Notes under the pieces: generated by a model
The model's input: the letters and a program-made list of their open reading frames with translations, nothing else
Told to the model about the DNA's origin: nothing
The model's database searches: none
From: a bacterium
Lineage (GTDB): Bacteria; Hinthialibacterota; Hinthialibacteria; Hinthialibacterales; Hinthialibacteraceae
Direction of reading: 5' to 3'
Length of the DNA: 64,000 nt
Assembly (NCBI GenBank): GCA_963663405.2
Contig: CAXXSM010000132.1
Coordinates: 128,001-192,000, forward strand
Shown: piece after piece, positions 9,201-19,219 of the stretch
Layout of the letters: every line of letters begins with the position of its first letter
Numbering within the stretch: the stretch's first letter is position 1
Translations under genes and position numbers: made by a program

Positions 9201-10225
9201 CACCGCTTGCCAATCCAATCGGACACCGCCAGGGAATCTTTCCAGCGATTGACATAGTAAACGCCATGATCAGTTCCTTGTTCATCGATCAAATGGGGCA
9301 TACACCAGCTGAAAACGAAAACAAACTGTCGTTCCTCCCCCGGTTTTATCGTCTGCATGGCGGTTACAGCGGCGCAGGGACGCGAACCATCCGCTATAGG
9401 GGGGCGTTTCTCTTCCGATTTGGATTGAGGAAACGCGCCATTCTCACCAAAAGAATCCCAGAACAATTCCGGCGCCTCATTGTTCCATTCTGTTAAAACA
9501 CTCGTCTTCTCTTTTTTCTCCTGAACGTAAAACAGGCTGTAATCGCCCATCGCGTTGCGTTCTTGACCGTCCTTCATATCGGATTTGTATTGAAAGTGAA
9601 TCCCGGATAGCCGCCCCCGTTCAAGAGCGCGTTGCGAACATTCGCCCGATGCGTCAAAAATCCGCCCTGGAACGCCGCCTAGCCCGATCAGATTCTTCCA
9701 CGACATCGCCAGCGAAACATCCAGCGCCTTCTTCGATTCATTCCGAACCGTGTAAACAAACACCGTTGAAGGGACACACGAATCGTTATCATTCGATAGA
9801 ATAAATGGGCTGAACGCCCGCAATTGGACCTTCACGGGCAAAACGGAATCAGAGAAATCCACCTCCGCGATGGGAAACACTCCATGAAAAACAACATTCT
9901 CCACTCCGCGCGGATCAGTATTCTTTAAAATAAGTTTTTTAGCCACAATCCCCGGATCATCCGAAACAGCGATAGCGGCGAAACAGCCTTGGGGATTCTC
10001 GACCGGCTGGTGATAATTGTTGTTGATCGTGAAATTCCCAAACGACCCATCGGTAAACAGTTCAATTTTCCCCGTCCCAATCCCCCCAAGCGGCATCCCC
10101 GAAAACAGCCGCTGATTCGTAAACACATGCCCTTCAGGCTTGAGGGAATCCCCCTCCCCCTCAGCCCCAAAAGAACCACATAATACGGTTAAAACAAAAG
10201 TTAAAGCGATCGAAATAGATTTCAT
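6293..10225 (-). CDS. Secreted GH116 (GBA2-like) glycoside hydrolase family protein with long C-terminal extension
   Basis: GMPLGGIGTGKIEL, AFSPFI, FVFSWCMP, DKNGDSIPD, LWNGRFF; signal peptide from ATG 10225. Confidence 0.85.
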   Translation of the reverse strand: MKSISIALTFVLTVLCGSFGAEGEGDSLKPEGHVFTNQRLFSGMPLGGIGTGKIELFTDGSFGNFTINNNYHQPVENPQGCFAAIAVSDDPGIVAKKLILKNTDPRGVENVVFHGVFPIAEVDFSDSVLPVKVQLRAFSPFILSNDNDSCVPSTVFVYTVRNESKKALDVSLAMSWKNLIGLGGVPGRIFDASGECSQRALERGRLSGIHFQYKSDMKDGQERNAMGDYSLFYVQEKKEKTSVLTEWNNEAPELFWDSFGENGAFPQSKSEEKRPPIADGSRPCAAVTAMQTIKPGEERQFVFVFSWCMPHLIDEQGTDHGVYYVNRWKDSLAVSDWIGKRWQELLRQIEEERRPILESSLPEWMSERLMNTLASIPSSSVRLKDGRFFTLTGDARYPGNLTSPEEYLASIGFWLRWYPDWLKEQIHQFADCQLATGEVPNTVGNLYTTIGTGDIPGGFPGRPDSTGAFILLTYKYYLTSGDEEFLKALYPHINAALNWLIGEDKNGDSIPDGPSFWQDEIREGASVYSASLWAAALEAGEEWSSWFNNYDLQTQCHRTRERALNNTASQLWNGRFFNRYFDSNRPSAPDSGVLLPEAFPGEWFAAGEGWRPLFDRSQVHQSLVSLLGMFSHGSPDVYRAITFPPFFESFGVSTLALYGYTNAAWECERRLDARGADLFESPWKNALQTGDGARASAAALSSWTFLDSVAGAQLEMRRRCIIVGFQPLGELDRFSFPFTTPLYSGTIEWTRSRLTGQVEYNLHFDQAPSSKKSNLLQAACLLPNTVDSNHTLLRVMHNGSYVPGTDFSRVNQRTYGFNNPLSLRRGDTLTLVLAQKNCGKILVDTDRNEITNLGAKCSIEQAAKTVPGFSFTAVNLLRSHQMIHLELTGSRREEDLIYLNGERLAVAADGLESFPILLQTSPLKHEEYEWLRFLRNACADTARRLVDNPDRTRLLDRLWTLQGAVDRALEVDTLLRGIRVTICPAEDHDARESTLPTVEPEAAVSAFERVKKEMREWRKILDSGDGDPVLLSELAGYFAPLQLRVVTGDTGVGVDPFSVTAQVMNPFLVSADFRLRLNAPAGWRAVSSDRVSFESTEKPKDEYRLRYTVTPTQSLWENRYELAVVLTGTWEGLPFRREQIFSVGHSFLKQWLIVGPFVNREGEGFDRIYPPEMDIDTKAEYEGKTRSLTWTPYQSPTGYIDFNTLLSPNDNAVAFAYLGIYSPKERPARIEFGADEGIIIYHNYKKLYAKQRMGSAIPSAAQAVTNLNQGWNHFLIKVTESTGAWGFYFEITDLYGRVIPDLQYSLEKAL

Positions 10226-10468
10226 TCCGGAACTCTCCAGAAGATAGATTTCATGGATAAGGATACTCCTATAGAAAATAGTACAACGAAGGGAGATTTG
10301 TCTTAGGGCATTGAGATGATAATTATGAGATATAGATGATCTTAGAACCATATGTGTAAAATATAACCGAAGTTTGAGGCAGGGAAGCAGTCTGGTAATC
10401 TATGATTGGGTTATAATGAGTAAAGAAAAATGGCAAACTCACAGAAAATTTAATTGAAGTTAAAACCT

Positions 10469-10813
10469 ATGTTATGCGAATTCTGTGGCGGTAAAACAGA
10501 GAAGAAAATCGTTAAGCGTCAACATTGGTTTAATAACAAGTTATACATCATCGAAGACGTTGAGGCGGAAGTCTGCGTGAAATGTGGGGAAAGATATTTT
10601 CATGCAATAACTCTTGATGCGATTGATCAGTATCTTTTAAAATTGACCCACGAACAAAAGGAAGAAATCGAAATCCGCCGGAGAGACGGCGCTATTTTTT
10701 CTTTGAAAGCGAAAAAGAAAAAAGAAGGATCTCCTTTCGATGTTCCAGGCATCAAAACCAAAGCCACTACGCAGGATATTTTGAGAGCGGTTAAAGATTC
10801 GAGAAGAGATTGA
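10469..10813 (+). CDS. YgiT/MqsA-type zinc finger fused to a Phd-like antitoxin C-terminus (chimera)
   Basis: CEFC...VCVKCGERYF followed by EIEIRRRDGAIFSL...SPFDVPGIKTKATTQDIL. Confidence 0.7.
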   Translation: MLCEFCGGKTEKKIVKRQHWFNNKLYIIEDVEAEVCVKCGERYFHAITLDAIDQYLLKLTHEQKEEIEIRRRDGAIFSLKAKKKKEGSPFDVPGIKTKATTQDILRAVKDSRRD

Positions 10814-10889
10814 TGTACGCGAACGCATGGTGAATAAAAACACGGCGCTCAAATTTCATTTATCTTTTGAGCCGCACTGGTAGATAAAA

Positions 10890-11117
10890 ATGAATACTAA
10901 AAGAATCAAAGAAGAAATCAGCCGATTGGAACTGTCTGAGAAATTGCACCTAGTAGAAGACATCTGGGATGATATTGCCGAGAGTAATTCCGATATTCCT
11001 TTGCGGGAATGGCAAAAGAAAGAACTCGACAAACGCTATCAAGAATATCAAGAAGGGAAGTTACAACTTCATGATTGGAAGGCGGTACATAAAGATTTAC
11101 GTGATAAGTACAAATGA
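10890..11117 (+). CDS. Addiction module component (TIGR02574-like antitoxin)
   Basis: LSEKLHLVEDIWDDI...WQKKELDKRY...W. Confidence 0.85.
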   Translation: MNTKRIKEEISRLELSEKLHLVEDIWDDIAESNSDIPLREWQKKELDKRYQEYQEGKLQLHDWKAVHKDLRDKYK

Positions 11118-11184
11118 ATCTATGCTATATAGATAGAATCAAGATTGATGTATAATACCAATGTATACACCAAATGAGGTCCGC

Positions 11185-11418
11185 ATGATACGAACTCAAA
11201 TTTATTTAACCAACCGCCAGCGGGTAGAACTTGCCGCGATTGCCAAGGTTGCAGGCAAGAAACAAAGCGAATTGATACGCGAAGCGATCGATCGCTTCAT
11301 CGACCGATCGAGTTACAGCCGCCGGGAAAAGGTATTACGCGAAACCGCTGGATTATGGAAGGATCGCGATGATCTACCTGACTTTGAAGCCGTTCGAACT
11401 GAATGGGATAGATATTAA
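11185..11418 (+). CDS. CopG/ribbon-helix-helix antitoxin (VapB-like)
   Basis: MIRTQIYLT...SELIREAID...AGLWKDR; directly upstream of a PIN toxin. Confidence 0.88.
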   Translation: MIRTQIYLTNRQRVELAAIAKVAGKKQSELIREAIDRFIDRSSYSRREKVLRETAGLWKDRDDLPDFEAVRTEWDRY

Positions 11419-11421
11419 ATT

Positions 11422-11805
11422 GTGGTTGAGTTAATCCTTCTCGACACAGATATTCTAATTGATTATTTGCGAGGCTATGAAAAAGCAGTAGCTTTTATCA
11501 AGGCTCATTCGACTCGAATCATGTTGTCTACTATTGTCATAGCGGAGTTATACGCGGGAGTGAAAGGAGAGGCGGAAGAAGCGGCTCTGGATAATTTCAT
11601 TTCCCTTTTTCCTATTGTGTCTGTAAGCGCAAAGATTGCTAAAATTGGAGGATTTTACAAACGTGAATATGGAAAGTCACATGGTATCGGAATTGCAGAT
11701 GCTTTAATCGCTGCGACTGCGCAAGTAGAGAATGCAAAACTGAAAACCCTGAATCGAAAACATTACCCTATGATAAAAGGACTTAGACCTGCTTACACGA
11801 AATAG
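11422..11805 (+). CDS. vapC: PIN-domain toxin VapC
   Basis: LLDTDILIDYLR, AELYAG, ADALIAATA, TLNRKHY. Confidence 0.92.
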   Translation: MVELILLDTDILIDYLRGYEKAVAFIKAHSTRIMLSTIVIAELYAGVKGEAEEAALDNFISLFPIVSVSAKIAKIGGFYKREYGKSHGIGIADALIAATAQVENAKLKTLNRKHYPMIKGLRPAYTK

Positions 11806-11911
11806 TAATTAAGCAAGACACAACATTTAACAATATCTAGCCGTATAAATATAAATCTATTTGTTCAATTCAATTTGAAGAAATTTCACTCCCCCGAAAA
11901 CTAAATCCCAG

Positions 11912-12271
11912 CTACGTCCGTGGAATAAGAACGTCGATTAATCCGATTCGGAATTGGGGGCCGCCTGCGAAGAAGGTGAAGAGTCCTATCGCAGTTAGAA
12001 GCAATAGCAGCGCGAGTAGAAGCCCTAACAATTTTGGACCGATCCGCCGTTCCTTTGCTTTGACGCGGCGGGCGTGTTCGACCAGTGGTTCGATCCGGTA
12101 TTCTTTCTCCAAGCGTACGGTTGGCCGCTGGAGCAACTCGTGTGGAATCTTGTCGGGTAGGAGTGGCGGCACTTCTCCCGCTTTCAGCGCCTGCAGCCGC
12201 CATAACAGCAGGGGGCTTCGCGCGCCGAGAAGATATTCCTCTCTTTTTCGCACACGTCTCTCTTCACTCAT
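11912..12271 (-). CDS. Hypothetical membrane-anchored protein
   Basis: Basic N-terminus and one strong hydrophobic helix (LLGLLLALLLLLTAIGLFTFF). Confidence 0.55.
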   Translation of the reverse strand: MSEERRVRKREEYLLGARSPLLLWRLQALKAGEVPPLLPDKIPHELLQRPTVRLEKEYRIEPLVEHARRVKAKERRIGPKLLGLLLALLLLLTAIGLFTFFAGGPQFRIGLIDVLIPRT

Positions 12272-12519
12272 TCTAAACCTTAGTTCATCGAATTATGCCC
12301 TGATGATTGTATACCGGGGAAAACCTCCTTGTCGTCTCCGGTATCCATCGCCGGCACCGTCTCATTTTTTTACAAAAAGTAATAGAGCAACGGGTGTACC
12401 AATTTTAACAGGGAGAATGAAAGGAAGAGTAACTTGTTATATTCGTTCAACTTGCTACAATTCAAGCGAGTCTTTTTATGTTTAAAATCAGCGTGCGATA
12501 GGGTATTTTTTTCCTTCCC

Positions 12520-13740
12520 ATGCCAGCGGCCGAACAAAAATTCCTTTCCAAACTCGATCTCATCCCCTGGATCGATCCAACAAAGTTAGGTTTGTACATT
12601 CACCTGCCTTTCTGTCAATTGAAGTGCGTCTACTGCTCGTTTGTCTCCGCCCCTCCTCAATCAGAAGCTGAAATGGACCGTTATCTAGAGGCGTTATGTA
12701 AACAACTCCGCCTTACGGCGCCCGCCGCGTCTGAACGTGAGGTAACATCGATCTTCTTCGGCGGCGGTACCCCCAGCCTCTTCGGCGCCAAACGTCTGGA
12801 ACGTTTGCTGAAGGAAATCCATACCTCCTTTCGAATTTATCCCCAAGCGGAAATCACGCTTGAAGCCAATCCGGAAAGCGCATCATTTGATTTGTTCAAG
12901 AGAATGAAGGCGTGGGGAGTGAATCGAGTCAGCCTCGGCGCACAGTCGTTTCACGATGAGGAATTGCGCTTCCTGGGCCGTATCCATACAGCGGCGCAGA
13001 TCCCGCGAAGTCTTGAATACGCTAGGCGAGCGGGGATCGATAACGTTTCACTCGATCTGATCTTCGCGTTTCCCCATCAAACCCCGCGCCTGTGGGAGCA
13101 GACGTTGGAACGAGCGTTGGCGTGTGAGATCGATCATCTTTCCGCTTATAGTCTATCAATTGAAGAAGGAACGCCACTCGATCGAATGCGGGATAAAGAT
13201 CGAATCATTTCGGCGCTGGATGAAATCTGTGAAACGATGTATACTATTTGTTTGGCGGTGATGGCGGACCACGGTTTGCGGCAATACGAAATATCGAACT
13301 GGGCGCGTCCAAACCGGCGATGCAGACATAATTGCCTCTACTGGGACCGGAATGAATATTTGGCCTTTGGAGTCTCCGCCCACGGGTATTACCAGGGATT
13401 CTGTTACGGCCTGATACGAGACACTAGCCAGTACGCGCAGGCGATGGAAACAGCGCCGGAAACGGAAAACCCATTTCCACCCGGTATCCTGGAAGAGCAT
13501 ACAACGGTCTCGAAAGAGGAAGCCGCTTCAGATGTTATGATCTTCGGGTTGCGAAAAACGGAAGGAATTGATATAAACGTATTCGAAAAACGGTTTGGTT
13601 ATTCTCCGTTTCACCGCTGGGAACAGGCCATCCGACGGTTGATTCAAAACGGCCTTCTGGAATGGAATGGAGAGAACTTGAGACTCACCCAGAAATCACT
13701 TTTAATCAGTAATGAAGCGCTGATGTATTTTTTAGATTGA
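12520..13740 (+). CDS. hemW: Radical SAM heme chaperone HemW
   Basis: LYIHLPFCQLKCVYCSF, FFGGGTPS, YEISNW, HN..YW. Confidence 0.92.
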   Translation: MPAAEQKFLSKLDLIPWIDPTKLGLYIHLPFCQLKCVYCSFVSAPPQSEAEMDRYLEALCKQLRLTAPAASEREVTSIFFGGGTPSLFGAKRLERLLKEIHTSFRIYPQAEITLEANPESASFDLFKRMKAWGVNRVSLGAQSFHDEELRFLGRIHTAAQIPRSLEYARRAGIDNVSLDLIFAFPHQTPRLWEQTLERALACEIDHLSAYSLSIEEGTPLDRMRDKDRIISALDEICETMYTICLAVMADHGLRQYEISNWARPNRRCRHNCLYWDRNEYLAFGVSAHGYYQGFCYGLIRDTSQYAQAMETAPETENPFPPGILEEHTTVSKEEAASDVMIFGLRKTEGIDINVFEKRFGYSPFHRWEQAIRRLIQNGLLEWNGENLRLTQKSLLISNEALMYFLD

Positions 13741-13759
13741 ATGAGGACTGCAAAAGAAA

Positions 13760-14461
13760 ATGAGGCGATTTTACACTCTACTTGCTGAAAAATTGAAATA
13801 CTACTTATGGGGACGGGCGCTGGTCAATCATATGTCCCGCCATTACCGCCTCTACGAAAATTTGGAGGCTCTCTATACGGCCTTGATTCTCGCGCTATTA
13901 ATCAAGGCCTTTCTCTTTGAGGCGTACAAAATTCCCTCCGCTTCAATGATGAATACATTGATCGAGGGCGACCGCATATTCGTTAACAAATTCAGCTATA
14001 ATTTTTCCAATATCCAAGCCGGGGATATTATCGTATTTAAAACAAAAGGAATCGATGAGATTTATTCACCTGACAAACCGTATTACATCAAACGGGTTGT
14101 CGGATTCCCCAATGATAGGATTGAAATCCGCAACGGCAATATCTTTCGTAACGGTCAGCTAATGACCGATCCTCCATTCTTCCTTGAAAACTACTACACC
14201 GACTTTTATGGGCGGGATACATTTATCGTGCCGGACGGAGAATTATTCGTCTTCGGCGACAATAGCCGTAATAGCTCCGACAGCCGCGATTGGGGAGGCG
14301 TGCCGATTGAAAACGTGATGGGCAAAGCCATTTTCCGCTACTGGCCTCCTTCGCGTATCGGTTTCCTGCATGGTGAATCTGTCAATTCCACTCTCTCCCG
14401 TGAAAGAAACACCCGAGAACGCTATCACAACGGTAATCGCGCAAATGCGGCGGAACGTTAA
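13760..14461 (+). CDS. lepB: Signal peptidase I
   Basis: IPSASMMNTL, YIKRVVG, GDNSRNSSDSR. Confidence 0.95.
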   Translation: MRRFYTLLAEKLKYYLWGRALVNHMSRHYRLYENLEALYTALILALLIKAFLFEAYKIPSASMMNTLIEGDRIFVNKFSYNFSNIQAGDIIVFKTKGIDEIYSPDKPYYIKRVVGFPNDRIEIRNGNIFRNGQLMTDPPFFLENYYTDFYGRDTFIVPDGELFVFGDNSRNSSDSRDWGGVPIENVMGKAIFRYWPPSRIGFLHGESVNSTLSRERNTRERYHNGNRANAAER

Positions 14462-14463
14462 TC

Positions 14464-15238
14464 TTGAATCCTTCTCCTTCGCTCGTAGCGATCGATATAG
14501 GTAATTCCCGCACGAATATCGCCTTATTCGAATCGGGCGCTCTTATAAAAAGTGACTTTCTCCCCTCTTCTGCGGAATATTTGGAGCGCCTCTGCAACAC
14601 CGCTGAAAAATGGCGCTCTCAATCCCCTTTCGAATACGTAGTCGCCGCTTCTGTCGTGCCCGCTCTGGGGGATCTGATGAATACCCTGGTTGAAAACCAG
14701 TTGGGAATCACCCCGATTATGGTCGAGGATTTCAAGACGGAATTAATGCCCCTGCGCGTAGACCGGCCGGAAACGGTGGGTGTGGACCGGGTCGTGAATT
14801 GTTACGCGGCGGCCCACCTTTACGGCTGTCCGGCTATTGTGGTCAGCCTGGGCACAGCGACGACGTTTGAAGCCATCTCACCGGATGGAGAGTACCTGGG
14901 AGGCGCGATCGCGCCCGGCGTCAAAATCTCACTGGAAGCCCTGACACAAAAAAACCGCTCTTCTCCCTCCCGCTATATGGAAAAAACCCAAGGATATCAT
15001 CGCGAAAAATACACTGGGCCACATGCAGTCTGGTATTTATTATGGAACCGTCAGCTTAATTGAAGGGATGGTCAAACGCCTGAAAACTCAATTGGGTGAG
15101 AACACTCTCGTCATTGGAACTGGAGGAATCAGCTCCGCCATTGCGGAAGAAAATCTCTTTGACCATCACGATCCCACCCTACTCATGAAAGGTCTTGCGC
15201 TGATCTACCGGCGCCGGTATCAAGAAAGACAACCCTAG
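14464..15238 (+). CDS. coaX: Type III pantothenate kinase, split by one extra base in an A7 run
   Basis: IDIGNSRT, GVDRVVN, LGTATT, GGAIAPG; frame change at 14948-14954 continues into NT..HMQSG...IGTGG. Confidence 0.9.
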
Positions 15239-15329
15239 AAAAATCTTATGTCTGTGCGATAATAATCCATCCTTCGGTTTTGTTTTCTTCAATGAATTCA
15301 ATTGGATACAACATTCTCAAATCTGTCCA

Positions 15330-17531
15330 ATGACCAAAAACAAGATTTTTTCTCTTATATTCATACTACTCATCTTCTCCACGATATTCATGTGTCATTG
15401 CTCCAGGCGGACAACAACGGGAGAATATCAAGTCATTCGCTTTATTGATTTCCCTGACAACCTTCATTATTCCATTCCTGAAACCGATTCGATAAGGAAG
15501 GAAACGAAACAGACATCGTATCAGTGGACGCGGAAGGAAATTCAAAACGAGTGGGTCTCTCTGGCCGATGAAGATGGCGCTCTTTACCGCAGCCCGAAAA
15601 TGGCGTTTCAAAATATCCGGGAAATCGACCGGATTGAGATCCGGATTGACGAATCGCTTCCCCCGGTCCCGATGGGATTATTATGGAACGAAAAGGAGAT
15701 ACTCTCCCCCGAGGAGAGACGGAAGCAAGCGCGCTATTTAGCCGCCAATAGTCACACGTCCGGACTATTCCTCATCAAAGGAGAGAATATCGCAGAGAAT
15801 CAATCGATTGAAAGTATAAAATTCCAGAAACCAATCCATTATATCTTCCTCCAGTTTCCTTCGGATCAGCCGATGGAGTTCCCGATTGATTCGATTCGCG
15901 TCATCTCAAAAAAGGACGCTTATTCGAATAAACCGTGTGGCAAAGACCGGTATGTTGTGGGTGGAGAAATCCGGGATGTTCTCTATACCCACACTCCCGC
16001 GCCGATCCAATTCACAACAAATATTCCAGCGAACGCCGAATTGACCTTTGGCGTTTATCATTTCAATTCGGCGCCGGTCCAGTATACGATTGAAATCGGT
16101 GACAATCCGCAGGCGGAACGGCTGTTTTACAAGTCTATCCAGCCTCTCCATACATGGTGTGATTTCCGGATCGATTTAAAGCGCTTTTCAGGGAATCAAG
16201 TCATTACCCTGCGGGCGGAGAGTGAGTCCGATGAAGCGATCGTATTTTGGGCGAATCCTACAATCGTCAATCAGCGGAACGCCCACACGGGCCCCAATGT
16301 GATTCTCTATTTAGTGGACACGCTGCGGGCGGATCATCTCGGCTGTTATGGTTATCAAAGTGGAACCTCTCCCTTTCTGGATCAACTGGCTTCGAAAGGC
16401 GTTTTATTCGAACGCTGTTTTTCTCAATCTCCGTGGACCAAACCTTCCATCCCCACACTTTTGGCCTCACTCTACCCGCATACACACCGCGTTGGCGTGA
16501 AATCCTACACGGATATCTTGCCGGACAGTGTGGAAACGCTGCAAGATGTGATGCGGCGGGATGGCTGCGTTACCGCCAATTTCACCGCGAATCCCTTGGG
16601 CAGCGCATTATCCAATTTGGATCAGGGATTCGATTACACGTTCAATCCGAGCGCGTTCGAGATCACCAACCGGGTGAAGAAAAATGATCAACTCCACTCG
16701 GATGACCTGAATAAACGTATTCTGCCCTGGTTGGAAACCCATGCGGAGAATCGTTTTTTTATCTACATTCATTCCATGGATCCCCACAATCCCTATTCGG
16801 CTCCCATCCGTCCATCCCATCTCAACAATCGAAACGGTCCTATGGAATCCTACGACGCCGAAATCTATTTCAACGATTCACAGATTAAAAAACTTTACGA
16901 GAAACTGATCAAATTAGGATTGGAGAAAGACACATTGTTCATTGTCACATCCGATCACGGCGAAGCGTTCTCCGAACATGGAAATGTACATCATGGGCAT
17001 AGTGTGTACAATGAGGAAATTCACGTTCCCTTGCTTATGATCCATCCCGGCGCCCTGCAACCCCAGCGAATTGAAACACCCGCGCAACTCGTCGATGTCA
17101 TGCCAACGATTTTATCGCACTGCTGTGTGGAATACGATCCAATGGCTCTGCAAGGCAAGGCTCTCTTGCCATTAAAAAACGCGCGAAATTCAAGAAGCGT
17201 TTTTTCATCACGGATTTGCTATGAATCATTTTTTCATAGTCTCATACAAGGTGATTGCAAATTGATTTACAATCCAAGTCCGACAGATGAAGAAATCCAG
17301 TATCAACTCTTTAATCTCGCGAAGGATCCAGGCGAACAGAATAACCTTGCTGAACGGGATCCTCAACGAACGCAAAAAATGATCGCTGAGTTGAAAGAAT
17401 TCCTTTTACAACAGGAGAGATTACAGAGTGATTATTTTCGACAACATTATCATTCTATTTCCTCTCCTCCGGACCAAGCCCTGTCGCAAGACGATATCGA
17501 GCGGTTGAAAGCGCTTGGATATATACAGTGA
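15330..17531 (+). CDS. Sulfatase-like hydrolase/transferase with N-terminal extension
   Basis: VDTLRADH, PWTKPS, SMDPH, TSDHGE, ERLKALGYI. Confidence 0.88.
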   Translation: MTKNKIFSLIFILLIFSTIFMCHCSRRTTTGEYQVIRFIDFPDNLHYSIPETDSIRKETKQTSYQWTRKEIQNEWVSLADEDGALYRSPKMAFQNIREIDRIEIRIDESLPPVPMGLLWNEKEILSPEERRKQARYLAANSHTSGLFLIKGENIAENQSIESIKFQKPIHYIFLQFPSDQPMEFPIDSIRVISKKDAYSNKPCGKDRYVVGGEIRDVLYTHTPAPIQFTTNIPANAELTFGVYHFNSAPVQYTIEIGDNPQAERLFYKSIQPLHTWCDFRIDLKRFSGNQVITLRAESESDEAIVFWANPTIVNQRNAHTGPNVILYLVDTLRADHLGCYGYQSGTSPFLDQLASKGVLFERCFSQSPWTKPSIPTLLASLYPHTHRVGVKSYTDILPDSVETLQDVMRRDGCVTANFTANPLGSALSNLDQGFDYTFNPSAFEITNRVKKNDQLHSDDLNKRILPWLETHAENRFFIYIHSMDPHNPYSAPIRPSHLNNRNGPMESYDAEIYFNDSQIKKLYEKLIKLGLEKDTLFIVTSDHGEAFSEHGNVHHGHSVYNEEIHVPLLMIHPGALQPQRIETPAQLVDVMPTILSHCCVEYDPMALQGKALLPLKNARNSRSVFSSRICYESFFHSLIQGDCKLIYNPSPTDEEIQYQLFNLAKDPGEQNNLAERDPQRTQKMIAELKEFLLQQERLQSDYFRQHYHSISSPPDQALSQDDIERLKALGYIQ

Positions 17532-17767
17532 CCTGCGCTGATTTGACGACATCAGTCTACAACCACAATCCGAGCAAATCCCTATACTAGGCTACCAATT
17601 CTCCCGCATTCACCATACACTTTATCCTTATGTATGGTTTGAATATCTCTCTCTTAAACTGGTTGTAATGAATTGAATTGAGAATATATGGAAATGAGTT
17701 TCGATGACTTGCGTATTTGTGATTTCTCTCACAACTCATTATCATCTGCAGGTTGTGATCTCAAATC

Positions 17768-19204
17768 ATGATGGTTTATATGAAAATGAATCCACAGATC
17801 TTAATTGTCGATGATGATGAATCCATCCGGGGATTAATCGAAAGCCGGTTGACAGGATTCGGTTATCAAATACATGCGGAGGAGAATGCGGCGGGACTCC
17901 GGCGGGCGCTGCGGGAGCGTTCTTTGAATACAATCCTGCTCGATATCGGTTTGCCGGATGGAAACGGGATCGCTCTAATCAAAGAGATTCACGAATGGGA
18001 GCCGGAACTGCCTGTGATTATCATCACCGCGCATGGGAGTATCGAACAAGCCGTCAAGGCCATGCGGGAAGGCGCCTTCGATTTTATTTCCAAGCCGATC
18101 GATTTTAACCGTCTGGATGTCATCGTAAAAAACGCCGTCGAGCATGACCAACTCAAGCGCCGTGTCCATTCGCTGGAACTCTTCCGGCGGCATCAGTTTT
18201 GCGATTTGATCGGCGGCAGCCCCGAAATGCAGGTGATTTATAACATCATCGAAACCGTCGCTCCCTCCCGCGCTTCCGTTCTCATTACGGGCGAAAGTGG
18301 AACGGGCAAGGAACTCGCCGCTCGCGCCATCCATCAATTATCTCCCCGCCGCGCCGAGGAAATGATCGACGTGAATTGCGCCGCCATTCCAAAAGACCTC
18401 CTTGAAAGCGAGTTGTTCGGACATGAAAAAAATGCGTTTACAGGCGCGAACGACCAATATATTGGACGCTGTGAACGCGCCCATAATTCCACTTTGTTCC
18501 TTGATGAAATCAGCGAGATGGACAGCAATCTCCAAGCGAAACTGCTCCGTTTTTTGCAGGAACTGACCTTTCAACGGATCGGCGGGCGGGAATCCATCAA
18601 AGTCGATACTCGCATCATTACTGCCACTAACCGCGACCCCGCCGAAGCCATCCGCAATCACCAGCTCCGCGAGGATCTATACTACCGGTTGAACGTGGTC
18701 AATATTGCCATGCCTCCGTTGCGGAAACGATCGGAGGATATCCCTTCGTTGGCCGAATTTTTTCTGCGGAAATATTCCGATGAAAACGGCAAAGCCTTTC
18801 GCACGATACCAGATGATACCATGGACGCGATGATGCGCGCCCGTTGGTCCGGCAATGTGCGGGAGTTGGAGAATACCATCTACCAAGCTGTTGTCTTGAA
18901 TGAGGGTACGGTTTTGGAGCGATCCATGCTGCCGGACACTGTCTTTAATGGGATTGAATCACCTTCCAGCCCTCCCACACATACTGTAAGGTCACAGAAT
19001 GTAGAGAATCATACCGGCAATACGTTGGAAATCGTTCCTTTGGACGCATTGGAGCGGCAAGCGATCGAACGAGCCTTGGAGATCACCCAGGGTAACGTCG
19101 GTTTAGCCGCGGCGAAACTGCGGGTGAGTCAGGCGACAATGTATCGAAAAATCCGCGATTACAACTTGAATCTAAAAGCGATTAAAAAAGAAAACTCCGA
19201 TTGA
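17768..19204 (+). CDS. Sigma-54-dependent response regulator (NtrC/AtoC family)
   Basis: Receiver domain, GESGTGKE, ELFGHEKNAFTGA, LFLDEI, WSGNVRELEN, Fis-type HTH. Confidence 0.95.
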   Translation: MMVYMKMNPQILIVDDDESIRGLIESRLTGFGYQIHAEENAAGLRRALRERSLNTILLDIGLPDGNGIALIKEIHEWEPELPVIIITAHGSIEQAVKAMREGAFDFISKPIDFNRLDVIVKNAVEHDQLKRRVHSLELFRRHQFCDLIGGSPEMQVIYNIIETVAPSRASVLITGESGTGKELAARAIHQLSPRRAEEMIDVNCAAIPKDLLESELFGHEKNAFTGANDQYIGRCERAHNSTLFLDEISEMDSNLQAKLLRFLQELTFQRIGGRESIKVDTRIITATNRDPAEAIRNHQLREDLYYRLNVVNIAMPPLRKRSEDIPSLAEFFLRKYSDENGKAFRTIPDDTMDAMMRARWSGNVRELENTIYQAVVLNEGTVLERSMLPDTVFNGIESPSSPPTHTVRSQNVENHTGNTLEIVPLDALERQAIERALEITQGNVGLAAAKLRVSQATMYRKIRDYNLNLKAIKKENSD

Positions 19205-19219
19205 CACCTCGCGGTTTTC

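Noticed and set aside
16425-16460. Sulfatase lacking the CxPxR motif (WTKPSI)
   Set aside because: Thr-type WTxPS motifs are common in this sulfatase-like subfamily; not unusual
18420-18450. NAFTGA instead of GAFTGA in the sigma-54 activator
   Set aside because: First-position variation is tolerated; the critical F and T are intact
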